Counted from the first letter of the whole stretch, positions 25,796-38,214 are shown. The stretch: 63,993 nucleotides of DNA, filler included, from Asterionella formosa (GCA_002256025.1; 6 parts of 6 records of this genome joined end to end with filler, not necessarily neighbours in it), one strand, 5' to 3'. A program made the numbers and translations. Notes: generated by a model from the sequence alone, not told the origin.

Positions 25796-26563
25796 CCATA
25801 TACTTCATTGTCCTGGACCCCCCAATTTACACTGCGATGATTGAATTTGACTGATTTTACCTAAGGGGCGGGTCCAGGACTATCATGAGATTTTCTTTCT
25901 TTCTATAGAATTAGAAATTATTAATTCTTATATAAGAGAATGCCCCTAATTATCCATATATATAAATATATATGATCACCATTTGACTAATTATAATTAC
26001 TAGCTAAGGAGGGGGCGGTCCAAGAATATGATGAGATTTCTCTTTTATTAGACTTAAAGCAAACTTTATTGGTTCTACAGGATAGCGCGTTTTAAAAAAT
26101 GTATTTATTAAAATGATTTGTCAATATTCCTGTTGCCTAAATAATTCTTTTGTATTTTATATTTCGTGATTGATATATGGTGTACCTAAAAGCTGCTCAC
26201 AAGCAACCACTAACAGTACATTCTAGTGTGAATTCGCACTTGGCTCCACACAGGATCTTAGACCTGCTTGCTTTCTGCCACACACCCCGCAGGTGGAAAA
26301 TGCAGAAATCGACGAACCTGCCATCTCGGAAGGCAAGCTAACCAACTGAGCTAGTATTCCCCGCACTCTGTGTCAAATATAGCTATAGAAAAGAATTGCA
26401 ATATCTCTGCTTAACATTTTTAACCAGTTCCTGCAAGGGCTAAAATATTTATAGCACATTTCTTTGCCTATGTCTAGAAAATTATTGGGTACTTGGTGCC
26501 ACCTCGAGATAAATGTAGAGGGTTCCAGCAACCTCGGGGTGTCCAGGACAATAAAATACACGG
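25796..26563. mobile_element. pogo/Tc1-mariner-like MITE with ~28-bp TIRs
   Basis: CCATATACTTCATTGTCCTGGACCCCCC versus GGGGTGTCCAGGACAATAAAATACACGG|TA. Internal repeated GGGGCGG(G)TCCARGA motif at ~25865 and ~26010. Confidence 0.6.
26290..26361 (-). repeat. tRNA-like head related to family B, inside the MITE
   Basis: Reverse complement GGGAATACTAGCTCAGTTGGTTAGC...GGCAGGTTCG...CTGCATTTTCCACCTG. Confidence 0.55.
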
Positions 26564-26864
26564 TAGAGGCAAGTGAGGAAGATGATCAGATGGAGAAGAA
26601 ATGATGGACTAAGTTGGTCGGAATATTGTTTTGGGGAAAAGGTTTTTATTTCTGGCACCAATATGGCTGCAATAGACTCAAAATGTTCCCCTGTCCTCGA
26701 TTTTTGATCCCTTTTTAATTCTATTGTACATCATAGACTATATCCATATGGCTATATTGTATTTCATCATGATATACTACATCAACATAAACGCTTATAA
26801 TTTGTGATTTATGATTTAAAATAATATAATATATTACAGTGACGTGAGTATTCATGCTAAAAAA

Positions 26865-27100
26865 GGGAATGACTTAGTGGCTTAGCACATTGCCTTTGAT
26901 CTGAGGTTGTGTGATTTGATTCCCGCATTTTTTTGAGAAGCAATTGTTGGGTTCGACTCCCACGCTCCTTACCACCCAGAACGGTCTTACCTGGTGTTCA
27001 CGAAATATTGGCTTGCCCCCCTGCAAGCAGCTTGTACTGTCTTTTAGGCGGTATGACTTTCCCTTAATGCTGCAGCTAAGACAATCACCTTTCTTGAAGC
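26865..27100 (+). repeat. tRNA-headed dispersed repeat, family A, copy 2
   Basis: GGGAATGACTTAGTGGCTTAGCAC...ATTCCCGCATTTTTTTGAGAAGCAATTG..GGTTCGACTCCCA..., homologous to the reverse complement of 345-573. Confidence 0.7.
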
Positions 27101-30100
27101 AAAGGTGGATGGGGATTCACCTAAGCTAATAAAGTTAGGGTATCACAGGTCTTGTTGGCAGGTAACACAAAATGAAAGACTTGCCTAGAAATAGGGGAGT
27201 ACAAATGGGCTATAAAAGATATTAAACTTTATTTGATATTGTGCTGTACATGTAAGATATTAACAGTGTGTTCGATATATTCAAATACTTAACATTACAT
27301 ATTGATATATAATGCAAATTTTCATGCATATATACATGGCTAAATTTTATTTAGAGTCATGAGTACATGTTCATTCAAATGCACACTACCACTTAGTTTC
27401 TCAGATTTATATATGGAGTAAATATGTAGGTACTTGTATTGTTGCATTGTTTAAGTTGTTAACTAGCTACTTATTACGGCCCAAAGGTTGCTGTCGACGC
27501 GAAATCGCGAAAAATGGAAATTTGCATGCTTGCTCTATTGAGCTGGCATCGTCTTTTCTACACGTGCACATGTATGTGGACAAAAATAATAACATTCTTC
27601 CCATAGAATTAATTTTGTATAGTTTACTGTGTGTAGAACGTCATTCTGCTTTCGAATACACTATGCGTCAGAAGAATTTGGTGATGATACAAGTGCAAAA
27701 AGCATACTACATCACGCTAAAAAGGTGAAGGTATATGAAAAGAATTTCTGTAGTATGAATGAAGTAAAAATAATCACGGTTTGGGGGGATAATATACTCA
27801 TGTATGGATAGAAAAATATGCACTGTATGCCATCACAATCCAACAATCTTAATGACTTTGAAAAATTAGATCTTCATGGCTTTACACTGAATCAAAACTG
27901 ATTACTTATTTGTAGAATAGAGTGCATCGTGTAACAGACACTTTGTACTTGCATCAGGTTTCGATTGTAATATATCTTGAATATTTTTTGTCAGAAGATG
28001 GAGTAAATAGTGGTGGCACACAGTTTTTAAGCGGTACTTGAAATGAAAGAACAACAAACAGATCAACAGTTCATTACTGCTACAGACCAGATCTTTGATG
28101 CTGTATAAGAATAAAGAACAGTGGTAGCTGGTACTCTAGATAAACAAACAATTCATTTTGTATGTACCAGGTACTGTTATACCATGATACACGGGGAAGG
28201 CAAGTGTTAATTCAGTATTCCTATATGTAATTGTGTACCAGGGTACTAACTAAAAACTGAGAGTCATCCTTATTTCTTTTTTTACCGAGAGTCATTCATA
28301 AACAGGGTAATCACATGTTTTGGGACAAATATTGGAGATACGTTGATTCTGTTTCAGAAAAAGTTGTTCTTTGGCATGTATGGAAGAGCAATGTTTATAT
28401 TGGTAAGTTGAGCTTTCATGGCCATTCTCGAGATAAATAGATTGAAAGATAGCTGTTACAAAAATGTGGGTCAAATCTTATTACCCTATTGAGGCAGCAA
28501 TGCATTTTTGACACTTAGATCACATTTCAGCTAATTTAATTATTTAGCAACTCTTTGTTAAAATTATTTAGTGACTTTCATTTCTATATTTGTTGACTTT
28601 GATTGATCATCAATGTCACATGGAGTACTGTTGCTCTGTCCTTTTCACCATGCATTGATTCATGGCAGCAATAATTTTACCGGTATGTCCACACTGACAG
28701 CAGAATCTCACTGGTGTATAATTATATGTTTTGCTAGTAGGCACCTGATGGAGTCAGGTCTGTACTAGGTATGGAATCCTGAGGTATGTATGTTTACTTC
28801 TGTTAGTACTTAACTGAAAACATTGAATAGGGTTAGGGATAAACACATGACCTGCGGTGTCAACGTAGGTCCAAGTTAAATTTGCTTGACAATGACTGCG
28901 TCGGGATATTCGTCCATTATAAATATCCGGGTATATTCATGTACATATGTACTGTGCCAGTATTGACAATTAATTCTACCCCCAATACTACCATTTTTTG
29001 TCGTAGTGAAAGCTAGTGCACTAGTTAACTGTCATGATGCACGTACAAAGCATGCACTGTGTGTGAGTGGGCGGTGCCACCGTTGCTGGTACCACTTACC
29101 AGGTGCCTGTTACCAGGGTTAACAGGGGCGATGCTGTTACAATGCATGAAGTACCAGGTACCAGTACCCTCCCTGTACCTGGTACTACGGTATGTACCAG
29201 GTACCAGTCTGGTGTTTATACCGGGTAAGAAGCAGGCAAGAAATAACAAGGTACAGTACATTGAAAATGAAATTTGAATTTAATATAATAAGTATTTATG
29301 TTATTATTTAGTAGTATATGCATTTATCTAGCTTAACACGGCTGTAGTTGTGGATGCCCACCACCACTGCAACCTTTCAACATTTGGTTGACGAGAATGT
29401 GATTAACAATCTTATCCTGACCATATGTCTCATAGATTTAATGCAGGGCTACTACATGTGCCATGTAAGCAACCACTCAAACTAGCTAGAGTCGCCACTG
29501 CATCCCAGACAACCTTGCACTGCCAATAGCAGATGCATATTTCCTCATCCTGCTCCCTGCCCTGCCCTGCTGCTTGTAAATAGTAGCCTTTCTGGTTTTT
29601 TGTTCAGTGATTCCAACTTCCCATTCTTACAAAAGAACAAATATAGTTTTGGTGCCTTGGAAGGTTACTTTCATTATCAGGATCCACATCCATGTTTGCT
29701 TGTTTGTCCGCAATACCTGCTTGATTGTTGGTTTTTTGGTTCCTAGAGCAAGCTGTGTGACATGCTGGACCTATGGTGGTACATTGCTTGGCTGGGTAGC
29801 CTACACATAAGGCTATTTAAATTGTTACAACAAACATAGCAAATGTTGACTATTCCACAAGCTCTACTAAAGTAGAACTTCAGCTAGCTCAAGAATGGAT
29901 CTAACATATAGGGATAGTGCGGCTATGTAAACCAACCCAGATATAGCTATGGTTCATCAGGTATAGACATGTTCTACTAACATTTAGCCTAGTACAAGGC
30001 ATAATCACACATTTCAGAACACTTATTACAATGTTTGAATTCGAAGTAGAATATCATGATACAGTGATTTCCTTATGGTTAAACGTTCACCTCTACGAAG

Positions 30101-31195
30101 AAAGTAGAATTTATGCTATAGTAACCAGGAATTCATGAGCAAGTAATAAATACTTAGTCAGTCTCAAAGTCAGCATTGAACTTGAAATAAATAAACTAAG
30201 AATGGTTTATAATCCCCGATGTCTTGCACATCATGGGTACTCTAGCTAGGTGACTAGAAAGGTTCACAATGACATACAGGGCTCAGCCACATCATCATTT
30301 TTTCAAGCCCAGCTCAACCAAGCGATCGAAAATAGATTAAAAAACTTTTTAGCTCACTCGTTTTAATCGTTCAACTCTGTTTGTTACCTCTGAACTTGTT
30401 TAGGATTGATCGCCTTGATAGCATATGGCTGACATTTCCATTTTGGGTTGCTGTTGGCATTTGTTGCAGCAAAAGCAACTTTGTCAGGAACACTGCCCAG
30501 CGCTGACCACCACGATATGTGCGACCCTCTTTCAAACAATATCATCTGAGGAGCTTTCATTTCAACTTGTATGTGTTAATGAGTACTTAGAGATCCTGTT
30601 TTGACAATTTGCTTACCATTGTTCAATTGTCAAAACTCATGATTTTCCTGCATACAGCCACATCATCTTGCAGAATTGTCTAAGTCTTTCTTTAGCATTT
30701 TCTGGATTGTCAGTTCTTAGCAGAAAACCCACTTTTTTTGGGTTAATGCATTGGTCCATACACTCCATCTCAGGATAATGGCCAAGGAAACGAGAAAACA
30801 ACTGCCTTTTGACAGGGATGCAATCAATGAGAACCTGGCTTGGCGCATCCCTCTCGTCCTTAGAATTTGCGTTCAACACAGATGCAGCTTGGCCATCAGA
30901 GCGACAAGGAATCGAATATTTGCAGTTAGTTTTCTTGTTAGTTGGAAGCAATTGTCAATTTGGCTGACCACATGGAACTAACAGACACAACACGCACGCA
31001 GGCAGCTTTTACCATTGATGAATTGGACATTTTATACTTGAATGAGAAAAGGATGACCATCATGATTGAAATCTTGCTAAATGTGAGACTCTAGAGGCTC
31101 TCTTACTTGTAATGTTTCCCTTTTCTTGTCTGCAGACTTGTTCTGTTTTATGGCCTTTCAGATGACAAGGTCATTGACAGGCACAGCCATAGCTA

Positions 31196-32258
31196 CATCT
31201 AAGACGCCGTTTACGGCACTTTTTCGAATTTATGTGTAAAGTGACGTATTTATGCTACTTTTTTAAAATATTATGTTACTTTTCTAAAATATTATGTTAC
31301 TTTTTTGAAATATTATGCTACTTTTTCCCTAATTTATTCGGGTTAAACAAAAATTTATTTCACTTATCGAATAATTATGTGATCACACCAATAATTATGT
31401 GTGTTCGTGACAATATATGTTGACCAACTAGCCATCGCAACAGTTTAAAAGCGAAATTATGCTGCTCTGCCGCAATATTATGCTGCTTTCACCATATAAT
31501 GAACGAAAGAGTCGCCAATTCCGATACACTTATTATTTTTTCCGCTCCGACATATCACTTTGATCTGAACTGGCAAAGAATAACACATGCAAGAGGAAGA
31601 TTCACACTGTAGAATTCAGCACACGTAGTAGTAGTAGTTGATGTTGTAGACACATAATTAAGTCATTGTTGATTGTAGAGATTACAATAGCCTGCCAGAT
31701 TGGAAATAAAGCACTGTTGGTCCTCGTTGAGCATCGTTTAGCATTGCATGTCGCCGTAGCTAGTGAGTCAAAATTGAGATGCGCCGCAATGGCCTTCTCC
31801 GTTTCGGAGCAGCTACAAATAGTCTGCAGCAATAAGTCGAGCAAGTACAATATAGAAAAAGAAGGAAAGGATGCTGAGTAGCTCACAATAAGGAATTGAA
31901 TCCGTTATTTCGTTAAGAAACAGCTGTTGCATATTTCAACCTTGGATGTCGCCGTAGTGAGTCAAAATTGAGATGTGCCGCAATGGCCTTCTCCGTTTCG
32001 GAGCAGCTACAAATAGTCTACAGCGATAACTCTAGCAAGTACAATATAGAAAAAGAAGGAAAGGATGCTGAGTAGCTGACAATAAGGAATTGAATCCGTT
32101 ATTTCGTTCAGAAACAGCTGTTGCATATTTTAACCTTGCATGTCGCCGTAGTGAGTCAAAATTGAGATGTGCCGCAATGGCCTTCTCCGTTTCGGAGCAG
32201 CTACAAATAGTCTACAGCAATAAGTCGAGCAAGTACAATATAGAAATAGAAGGAAAGG
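31196..32258. mobile_element. Opposite end of the hAT-like element, with 21-bp subterminal repeats and an internal 194-bp tandem array
   Basis: Starts CATCTAAGACGC. AAATATTATGYTACTTTTT repeats at ~31248-31327. The 194-bp unit recurs (GAGTCAAAATTG at 31765, 31959, 32153) and runs into the spacer. Confidence 0.65.
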
Positions 32259-32358
32259 NNNNNNNNNNNNNNNNNNNNNNNNNNNNNNNNNNNNNNNNNN
32301 NNTTAATTAATTAANNNNNNNNNNNNNNNNNNNNNNNNNNNNNNNNNNNNNNNNNNNN

Positions 32359-32726
32359 TATAGAATTACGTGAACAAAAATTTAAGGCAATGTGAACTGA
32401 ATTACAGAATTAATTGAAGTATTTCAAATAATTATGTGAAGTATTTCAAATAATTATGTGAAGTATTTCAAATAATTATGTGAAGTATTTCAAATACTTA
32501 TGTGAAGTATTTCAAATAATTATGTGAAGGTGATCACGTAATATAGTGATGATCAGGAATGCATGCATGATACTCTGATCAAATAATTAAAGTGATGTAT
32601 TCAGATAATACATAGATATCTATTCAAGTAAGCATTTTGATGTATTCAACTAATTCATGTGATCCATTCAAAATCAACTAGGCTTATTTACGTGATGGTC
32701 ACTTCACGTAATACGCGGCTTAGATG
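32359..32726. mobile_element. hAT-like element end, second copy, with 22-bp array
   Basis: Near-identical to 1-322; ends CGCGGCTTAGATG. Confidence 0.75.
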
Positions 32727-33149
32727 CAGCCATACTTGAACCACATGTATTAGATGTACTGTACCGGTACCTGGTAGGTAAAATAAGTACTACCGGTAGT
32801 TTCATCATTCATCGTCATTAACCAAGATTATGTACTACTGGTACCAGGTACCCTGGTACTCCGTCACTCCGGTATTGGTTTATATATTGGTATGTGCCTT
32901 TGAGTGTAGAGTAATATGCCTTTTGGGGATAGAGTAATATTAAATCTACATACCGCAACACAGATTCAACATAAAACGGATAAAAAATGTCATGAGAATT
33001 CATTTAGGGATACTCCTGATTTATATCTGTGTTTAGGCGTTGAGAAAAATTATGTCTACATTCAGCAACGGCCGTAGACATAGCACAATCGTTTAAATAT
33101 CATTTTTATTTGTTTCGATGGAACTCTGTCTATCTGGCGCCGACTCCTA

Positions 33150-33277
33150 TTTAATTCAAATATTCAAATGGACACTCAAATCATGGGAACTCATAGCAGC
33201 AAATTCCCTGTTCCATGCCGTTTTTACAACCCTAGCGACGTTTTCTCCAAACTAGGGTTAAGCCGAGGGCCGCAACC
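33150..33277 (-). mobile_element. Third Kolobok-like terminus
   Basis: ...GAGGGCCGCAACC|TTAA, the same tip as the 11452 MITE. Subterminal motifs (CAAATATTCAAATGG, CAACCCTA, CTAGGGTT) resemble 11325-11435. Confidence 0.6.
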
Positions 33278-33419
33278 TTAATATACTAGGATAAAGATAG
33301 GTGAAGTTATAGTTTCAGCACAATTACCGCAACTTGCTGGTGACCTGGTACTCCTATCTACCAGGTAATGTACCATATCAGCGTGCTCCTTGAACATAAT
33401 ATATACTGTAAATAAAAAA

Positions 33420-33508
33420 GGAAAATGATATTTCGTCCCCCTAACCCTAACCCTCCTAGACTCTTCCAAGGTAGGGGTTCGGGTTAGGGGCACGAAAAAT
33501 CATTTTCC
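33420..33508. repeat. Short hairpin element containing telomere-type hexamers
   Basis: GGAAAATGATATTTCGTCCCCCTAACCCTAACCC ... GGGTTCGGGTTAGGGGCACGAAAAATCATTTTCC. Confidence 0.65.
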
Positions 33509-33549
33509 ATAAAAAATAATACATTTAATTACTATGACATGCGTCGTTC

Positions 33550-33710
33550 TGCCGATTTCGACATCAGGTATGGCATACAAACGGATTCTGAATTCCGTCC
33601 TGTGGTACTGTTGTGTGTAGAATCTTTTGCAGTCGTAGCTATGTAGCCTGTTCGTATCTGACCTACGTAAATGTCAATGTGTCCGGTAAAACTGAAATGC
33701 AACTCAATTG
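33550..33710. repeat. Dispersed repeat, also present as two tandem units at 53425-53748
   Basis: Shared CAGGTATGGCATA..AACGGATTCTG.ATTCCGTCCTGTG...GTAGCCTGTTC...GGTAAAACTGAAATGCAACTCA. Confidence 0.8.
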
Positions 33711-34119
33711 TTCTCAATAACAAAGCTGTTATTTACTTACAGCATAATCCCACTGTACAGCTTTTTTACCGGTGGTAGTTGCACCCAAACTTTGCGGCTT
33801 GGCTGATCATGAAGCAAAAGCACTGATCATTCTCCAGCTAACAGCCCTTGCTATTATAAAATTATTCCGAACTGAATGGTGCAAATAATATATCTTTTAA
33901 GTAGTCTCGAATTAGTTGAAAAGAATGAACAAGGGCGGTTTGCGAATATATCAACGACAAAGGGCGTGTCGAAGCAATAACTCCAGTGATGTCAAACTGG
34001 TATATGCTTCTTTACATTTCAAGAGCAGCTGTTGAATCAATTTCTTTTCAAAAAAAGGCCAGCTAGGCCAGTTTAATGGAGCTGAAACACCATTTGCTAT
34101 TCAGCGACTGAATAGAGTT

Positions 34120-34765
34120 GCAAGCCAATCATATCGACATACGTTAACACTACATATGTGAACAAGTAAAAAATGGAACAATTACTAAGAAGGCTGACGA
34201 ACAAGTCGAAAACGGAACAATTATGAATGACTAGCTACGTCAACACAGAAAAGAATCCTGCTGATGTCTTGACTAAAAATGTCGTGGAAAAAATATGAAC
34301 AAGCATGGATATGCGATCCAAAATGGGATGATGGATTGTTGGAACAAGGAGAGTGTGAAAGTGAGCTCATCTACATAGTTATGACTAATATTCAAATGAG
34401 TCGTCTTAGTCGAATGAGTCGACTTTGATGTACCAAGCTCTCATCAACCACATGTTATTACTCAGACTACAATGAGCCAGACAATATAAGCTATTCAGAT
34501 GACCAATAGTTTGAATTAAGTGATCAATGGCTATAAAGCTATGATCAGTAAGTTTGAGAGAGACATCGGTCTATCAATGAATGTATGTTTCTAGAAATGC
34601 AAACAGCATTTGGAGAATAGTTTGTTTGATTATTCAAACAAACAACCTAAACAAGTTTAGTAACTCACAATACGAATATAGAAACAAAGAGAAACAAACA
34701 TCTCTATCTATATAGCCTTAATTGTCTAACGATAAATCCTATCTACAAGAGGTAATACTTTAACA
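34120..34765 (+). mobile_element. Decayed Copia remnant: RNase H end, PPT and LTR (34354-34765)
   Basis: HIDIR*HYICEQV and YVNTEKNPADVLTKNV; purine tract AAGGAGAG; LTR TGTGAAAGT...ACTTTAACA. Confidence 0.7.
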
Positions 34766-35013
34766 TGTTGTAGCCTTCCCCAGAACTCCAATGGTTGTTA
34801 TCCACTGCCACTTCGAACCCTTTATCAAGGGACCCGATATGCACCACGCCATATATTTTATTACACCGAATGAGATGTTATATCCAGCATTATTGATCAC
34901 ATGGATCAGCCCATAATTATGATATTTTGATGATAATACCGGGTTGTATGTAGCGTTATTCTTTCTTTTGAACACATTTTCACATTCATCCGTCGTACAT
35001 CAGCCATAGTACA

Positions 35014-36399
35014 ATGCGAGTACCTGAACAAGTCCTTCTAATCACCTTGTGGGCGCTCGCTTCTGAGTCCGCGTCTTCTTTCGCGCCTCAAAAGTGTCAT
35101 CGGAAAACAGAGACGGCGGCATCAGCACTCTTTTCTCAATCAGACAGCGAAACGCAGAGGAGCGCCCTTTTCTTCCGCCAGGCCAAAAGCGCCTTGCAAG
35201 GAACATTCACTGCCTTTATCCTGTCTGCCTCCCTCGGACTAGGATCTCCAGCTCTTGCATCCGACTATGGATCGCTATCGGAAGAACAAAAGACCGTCGC
35301 GGAAGCCTGGCGCCTCGTAGACAACTCCTTCATCGACCGGACATTCAACGATCAAGATTGGTTCCAACTCCGCCAGACGAATGTCAAACGCAAGTACAAA
35401 TCCATGAATGAGGCTCAGGACGCCATTGCTGATATGCTGGCGACTCTTGGAGACAAGTACACTCGCTACTTGTCACCTTCCAAGTACCAATCCTTGGTGG
35501 ACAGTGCCACTGGGACACTGGCCGGAGTTGGAGTCGAAATCGCGACCAATAAGGAGGGGCGAATCATGGCGTCGGACATTGAACCAAATTCTCCAGCGGC
35601 GGCTGCAGGTATCATGCCCAAAGATGTCTTTGTGGAAGTGGACGGAACTAGATTTGATGTCATGTCGACGCCAGACGACGTGGCCTTGAAACTTCGTGGA
35701 CCAGTGGGAAGCAAAGTAGGTGTCGTCATGGAACGCGATGGCAAGACGTTGGATTTCATTGTCACAAGGCAAGCTCTCAAGATTACCTCTGTTAGATCTT
35801 ACTTGACGGAAAAGAGCGGTGTTAACGGAAAGATTGGAGTCATTCGGATTAAGAGCTTTTCCGGAACGACAGCCGACACGGTCAAGGCGGAATTGGCGGA
35901 ATTACAGAAAAAGGGCGCCAAGAATATTGTCTTGGACCTGAGAGGCAATCCTGGTGGTTTGCTACCAGGTGGGGTGGATACCGCAGCCTTGTTCTTGGAT
36001 GCTAACACTCCAGTGGTTTTCGTTGCAGACAAAAAGGGAGTGGTTGATTCACAGGCGACACTATCTACTGGCGTGGACTTGGACGATCCTTTGGTCTTGG
36101 TTGTAGACGGCAATACGGCGTCGGCAGCCGAAGTATTTGCGGCAGCCTTGCAAGAAAACGGTCGTGCTACACTTGTTGGGGAGCAAACCTTTGGAAAGGC
36201 TATTGTCCAGACTGTGAGACCACTTGCGAATGACAACGGCGGAGTGGCCATAACTGTGGCACGCTACGAAACTCCCAAACACAACAATATAAACAAGAAA
36301 GGCATTCCAGTGGATATTCCAACCAGTGTTGACTGTCCCAAGGATGATGTTTCGGCGTGTCTGCCTTCCAACGCATTCAAGAAGCCGGCATCGGCGTAA
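35014..36399 (+). CDS. ctpA: C-terminal processing peptidase (S41; PSII D1-processing family), plastid/thylakoid-targeted
   Basis: ASSFAP bipartite signal, lumenal ALA site, PDZ domain, DLRGNPGG, TASAAE, TFGK..VQ. Confidence 0.92.
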   Translation: MRVPEQVLLITLWALASESASSFAPQKCHRKTETAASALFSQSDSETQRSALFFRQAKSALQGTFTAFILSASLGLGSPALASDYGSLSEEQKTVAEAWRLVDNSFIDRTFNDQDWFQLRQTNVKRKYKSMNEAQDAIADMLATLGDKYTRYLSPSKYQSLVDSATGTLAGVGVEIATNKEGRIMASDIEPNSPAAAAGIMPKDVFVEVDGTRFDVMSTPDDVALKLRGPVGSKVGVVMERDGKTLDFIVTRQALKITSVRSYLTEKSGVNGKIGVIRIKSFSGTTADTVKAELAELQKKGAKNIVLDLRGNPGGLLPGGVDTAALFLDANTPVVFVADKKGVVDSQATLSTGVDLDDPLVLVVDGNTASAAEVFAAALQENGRATLVGEQTFGKAIVQTVRPLANDNGGVAITVARYETPKHNNINKKGIPVDIPTSVDCPKDDVSACLPSNAFKKPASA

Positions 36400-36506
36400 T
36401 GAGCTACCACTATCGCTATCCCTCACGACAATGCAGCTATCGCAGTGTAGATTTTTAGCAACGCTATAATTTAAGACCTTTTGAACTCCATGACTGGTAG
36501 CTGCCT

Positions 36507-38186
36507 TTAAGATGCTTCTCTGTTTGTTGGCTCAAACTTAGCCACTTTAAACGCAGGTTCCTCGTCATCGTAATCGCCTTCGTTATCACCCTCAACCTCG
36601 TATTCGCCATCCTCATGTGGCTTCTTTTGCACACTCTCGTTAAGCACTCTATAGCTACTTTCTCTCGCAAAAATAAACTCCATGTTGTACAAGTACGTGA
36701 TGAAATTCGATTGTTCCGCTTCTTCCTTGCCAATATGTTTCAAAATGTAATCATCTCTAAAGGCCTTGCGCCTTTGCATTGCGTCTGATTCTGGCTGTTG
36801 CATCCAGTCTAAATCGGGCATGTCTTGATTTGCTTTGTGTTCATTGTATCCTGAATAGTCGCTCATTTCTAAAAATAATCCCTGCGCAGGTGCCAAGCCC
36901 GTCTTCATGGTGACAAGGTCCAGTGCCTCATCTAACTGTTGGGGTGTCGCCGCACCTCGCGCTACATCGACGGCCACACTAACCATTTTTCTAATTTGAT
37001 TGAACAAGAAAGATTGTCCTGTCACTCGGGTCGGGATCCATTCTGTCCCATCCTCCATGAGAACTGGGGGATCGACGACGAAATCTAAAATGTACCTCTT
37101 GGCCGTCTTGTCCCCAACCTTCATATTCTTGGTAAAGTTGTGATAAGGTTTGGTACCTTGAAACTGTAACAGCGCAGCTTGCAGTCGTTCCAAATTCAGT
37201 GGAGTTGCTTTATACGCATACAGTATGGGTTTCACTTTCTGTATCTCTTCGCTCGTCAGTGGTACTTTGGCATCTTGTCCATTCCTCGGATATCCCATAT
37301 CCTTGAACACTGTTTGCAGCTCATCTCTTGGATACAACAAAAAGGATGGAATCATGTACTGGTAAACAACTTTAGTCCTCTGACTCTTTGCACAAAAGGT
37401 GCGCGTCGTTCGCCTGATATCCAAAATGGTAATGTCGTCTGGCAACTCTGCATTGATACGCGCCCGTGCTTGGTCTTCCGTGTCCTCCCCCAATTCCAGT
37501 TTGACCGAACAAACTTGAGCCAGGGCATGAACCCCCTTGTCCGTACGGGCACTTGAATTCCAACCGTACTTGTGCGGGTATCCAAAGTTGGTGGGCAAAA
37601 TAAGTTTTGAACGGTACAGAGCCAATTCCAATTGTGCTTGAATACTGTTTGCGTTTGGATTAATTTGAAAGCCGGAGTATTTGGATCCGCAAAAGGCAAT
37701 GAGCATGACTACTTTCTTTTTGCCTCTGGGTGTGTCATTTTGTTTTGTGGTTGAGCTGATGGGTTCTTCTTTATCGTCCTTGATGTCTTCAACGGTGATT
37801 CCAAAGAGGTCCTGCATTTCCTTGGTTCGAAAAGACCCTGCCGAGGGCTGATCAGATTCGCTGCTTATGCGCCGACTGCCCTGAGTGGCCAACCTCTCTG
37901 AATTCTTTTCTCTGTATTCCTTTTTCTGTTGGCGCTTGTTACCCCATGCTTTACGCTTTGCATCTCTATTCGCAGCTTGTTCCATGGCTCTGCTTGTGTA
38001 ATCGGAATTGTTAGAATACTTGTTATGAATATTATTGTTGTAGTTGTTGTTAGTGGTAGTGGTAGTTGTAATTGTGGCAACTAAGCGAATTGGCAGCGGT
38101 GCAGTGCGATGGTTGATGTGAGGAGTAAACAACAAGAGGCGAGGGAGAGTTGTTGTCTTCCCTATCGTCGCTATCAGACTCATCAT
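36507..38186 (-). CDS. PUS1: tRNA pseudouridine synthase, PUS1/TruA family
   Basis: YSGFQIN, SARTDKGVHA, YHNFT, GQSFLFNQIRKM, APAQGLFL. Confidence 0.9.
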   Translation of the reverse strand: MMSLIATIGKTTTLPRLLLFTPHINHRTAPLPIRLVATITTTTTTNNNYNNNIHNKYSNNSDYTSRAMEQAANRDAKRKAWGNKRQQKKEYREKNSERLATQGSRRISSESDQPSAGSFRTKEMQDLFGITVEDIKDDKEEPISSTTKQNDTPRGKKKVVMLIAFCGSKYSGFQINPNANSIQAQLELALYRSKLILPTNFGYPHKYGWNSSARTDKGVHALAQVCSVKLELGEDTEDQARARINAELPDDITILDIRRTTRTFCAKSQRTKVVYQYMIPSFLLYPRDELQTVFKDMGYPRNGQDAKVPLTSEEIQKVKPILYAYKATPLNLERLQAALLQFQGTKPYHNFTKNMKVGDKTAKRYILDFVVDPPVLMEDGTEWIPTRVTGQSFLFNQIRKMVSVAVDVARGAATPQQLDEALDLVTMKTGLAPAQGLFLEMSDYSGYNEHKANQDMPDLDWMQQPESDAMQRRKAFRDDYILKHIGKEEAEQSNFITYLYNMEFIFARESSYRVLNESVQKKPHEDGEYEVEGDNEGDYDDEEPAFKVAKFEPTNREAS

Positions 38187-38214
38187 GGTATGAAGAATAT
38201 GTTAACAAATGCCA

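Noticed and set aside
30330..31000. Possible hAT transposase relic on the minus strand
   Set aside because: Only a WW-containing fragment is suggestive; too degraded to call without a profile search.
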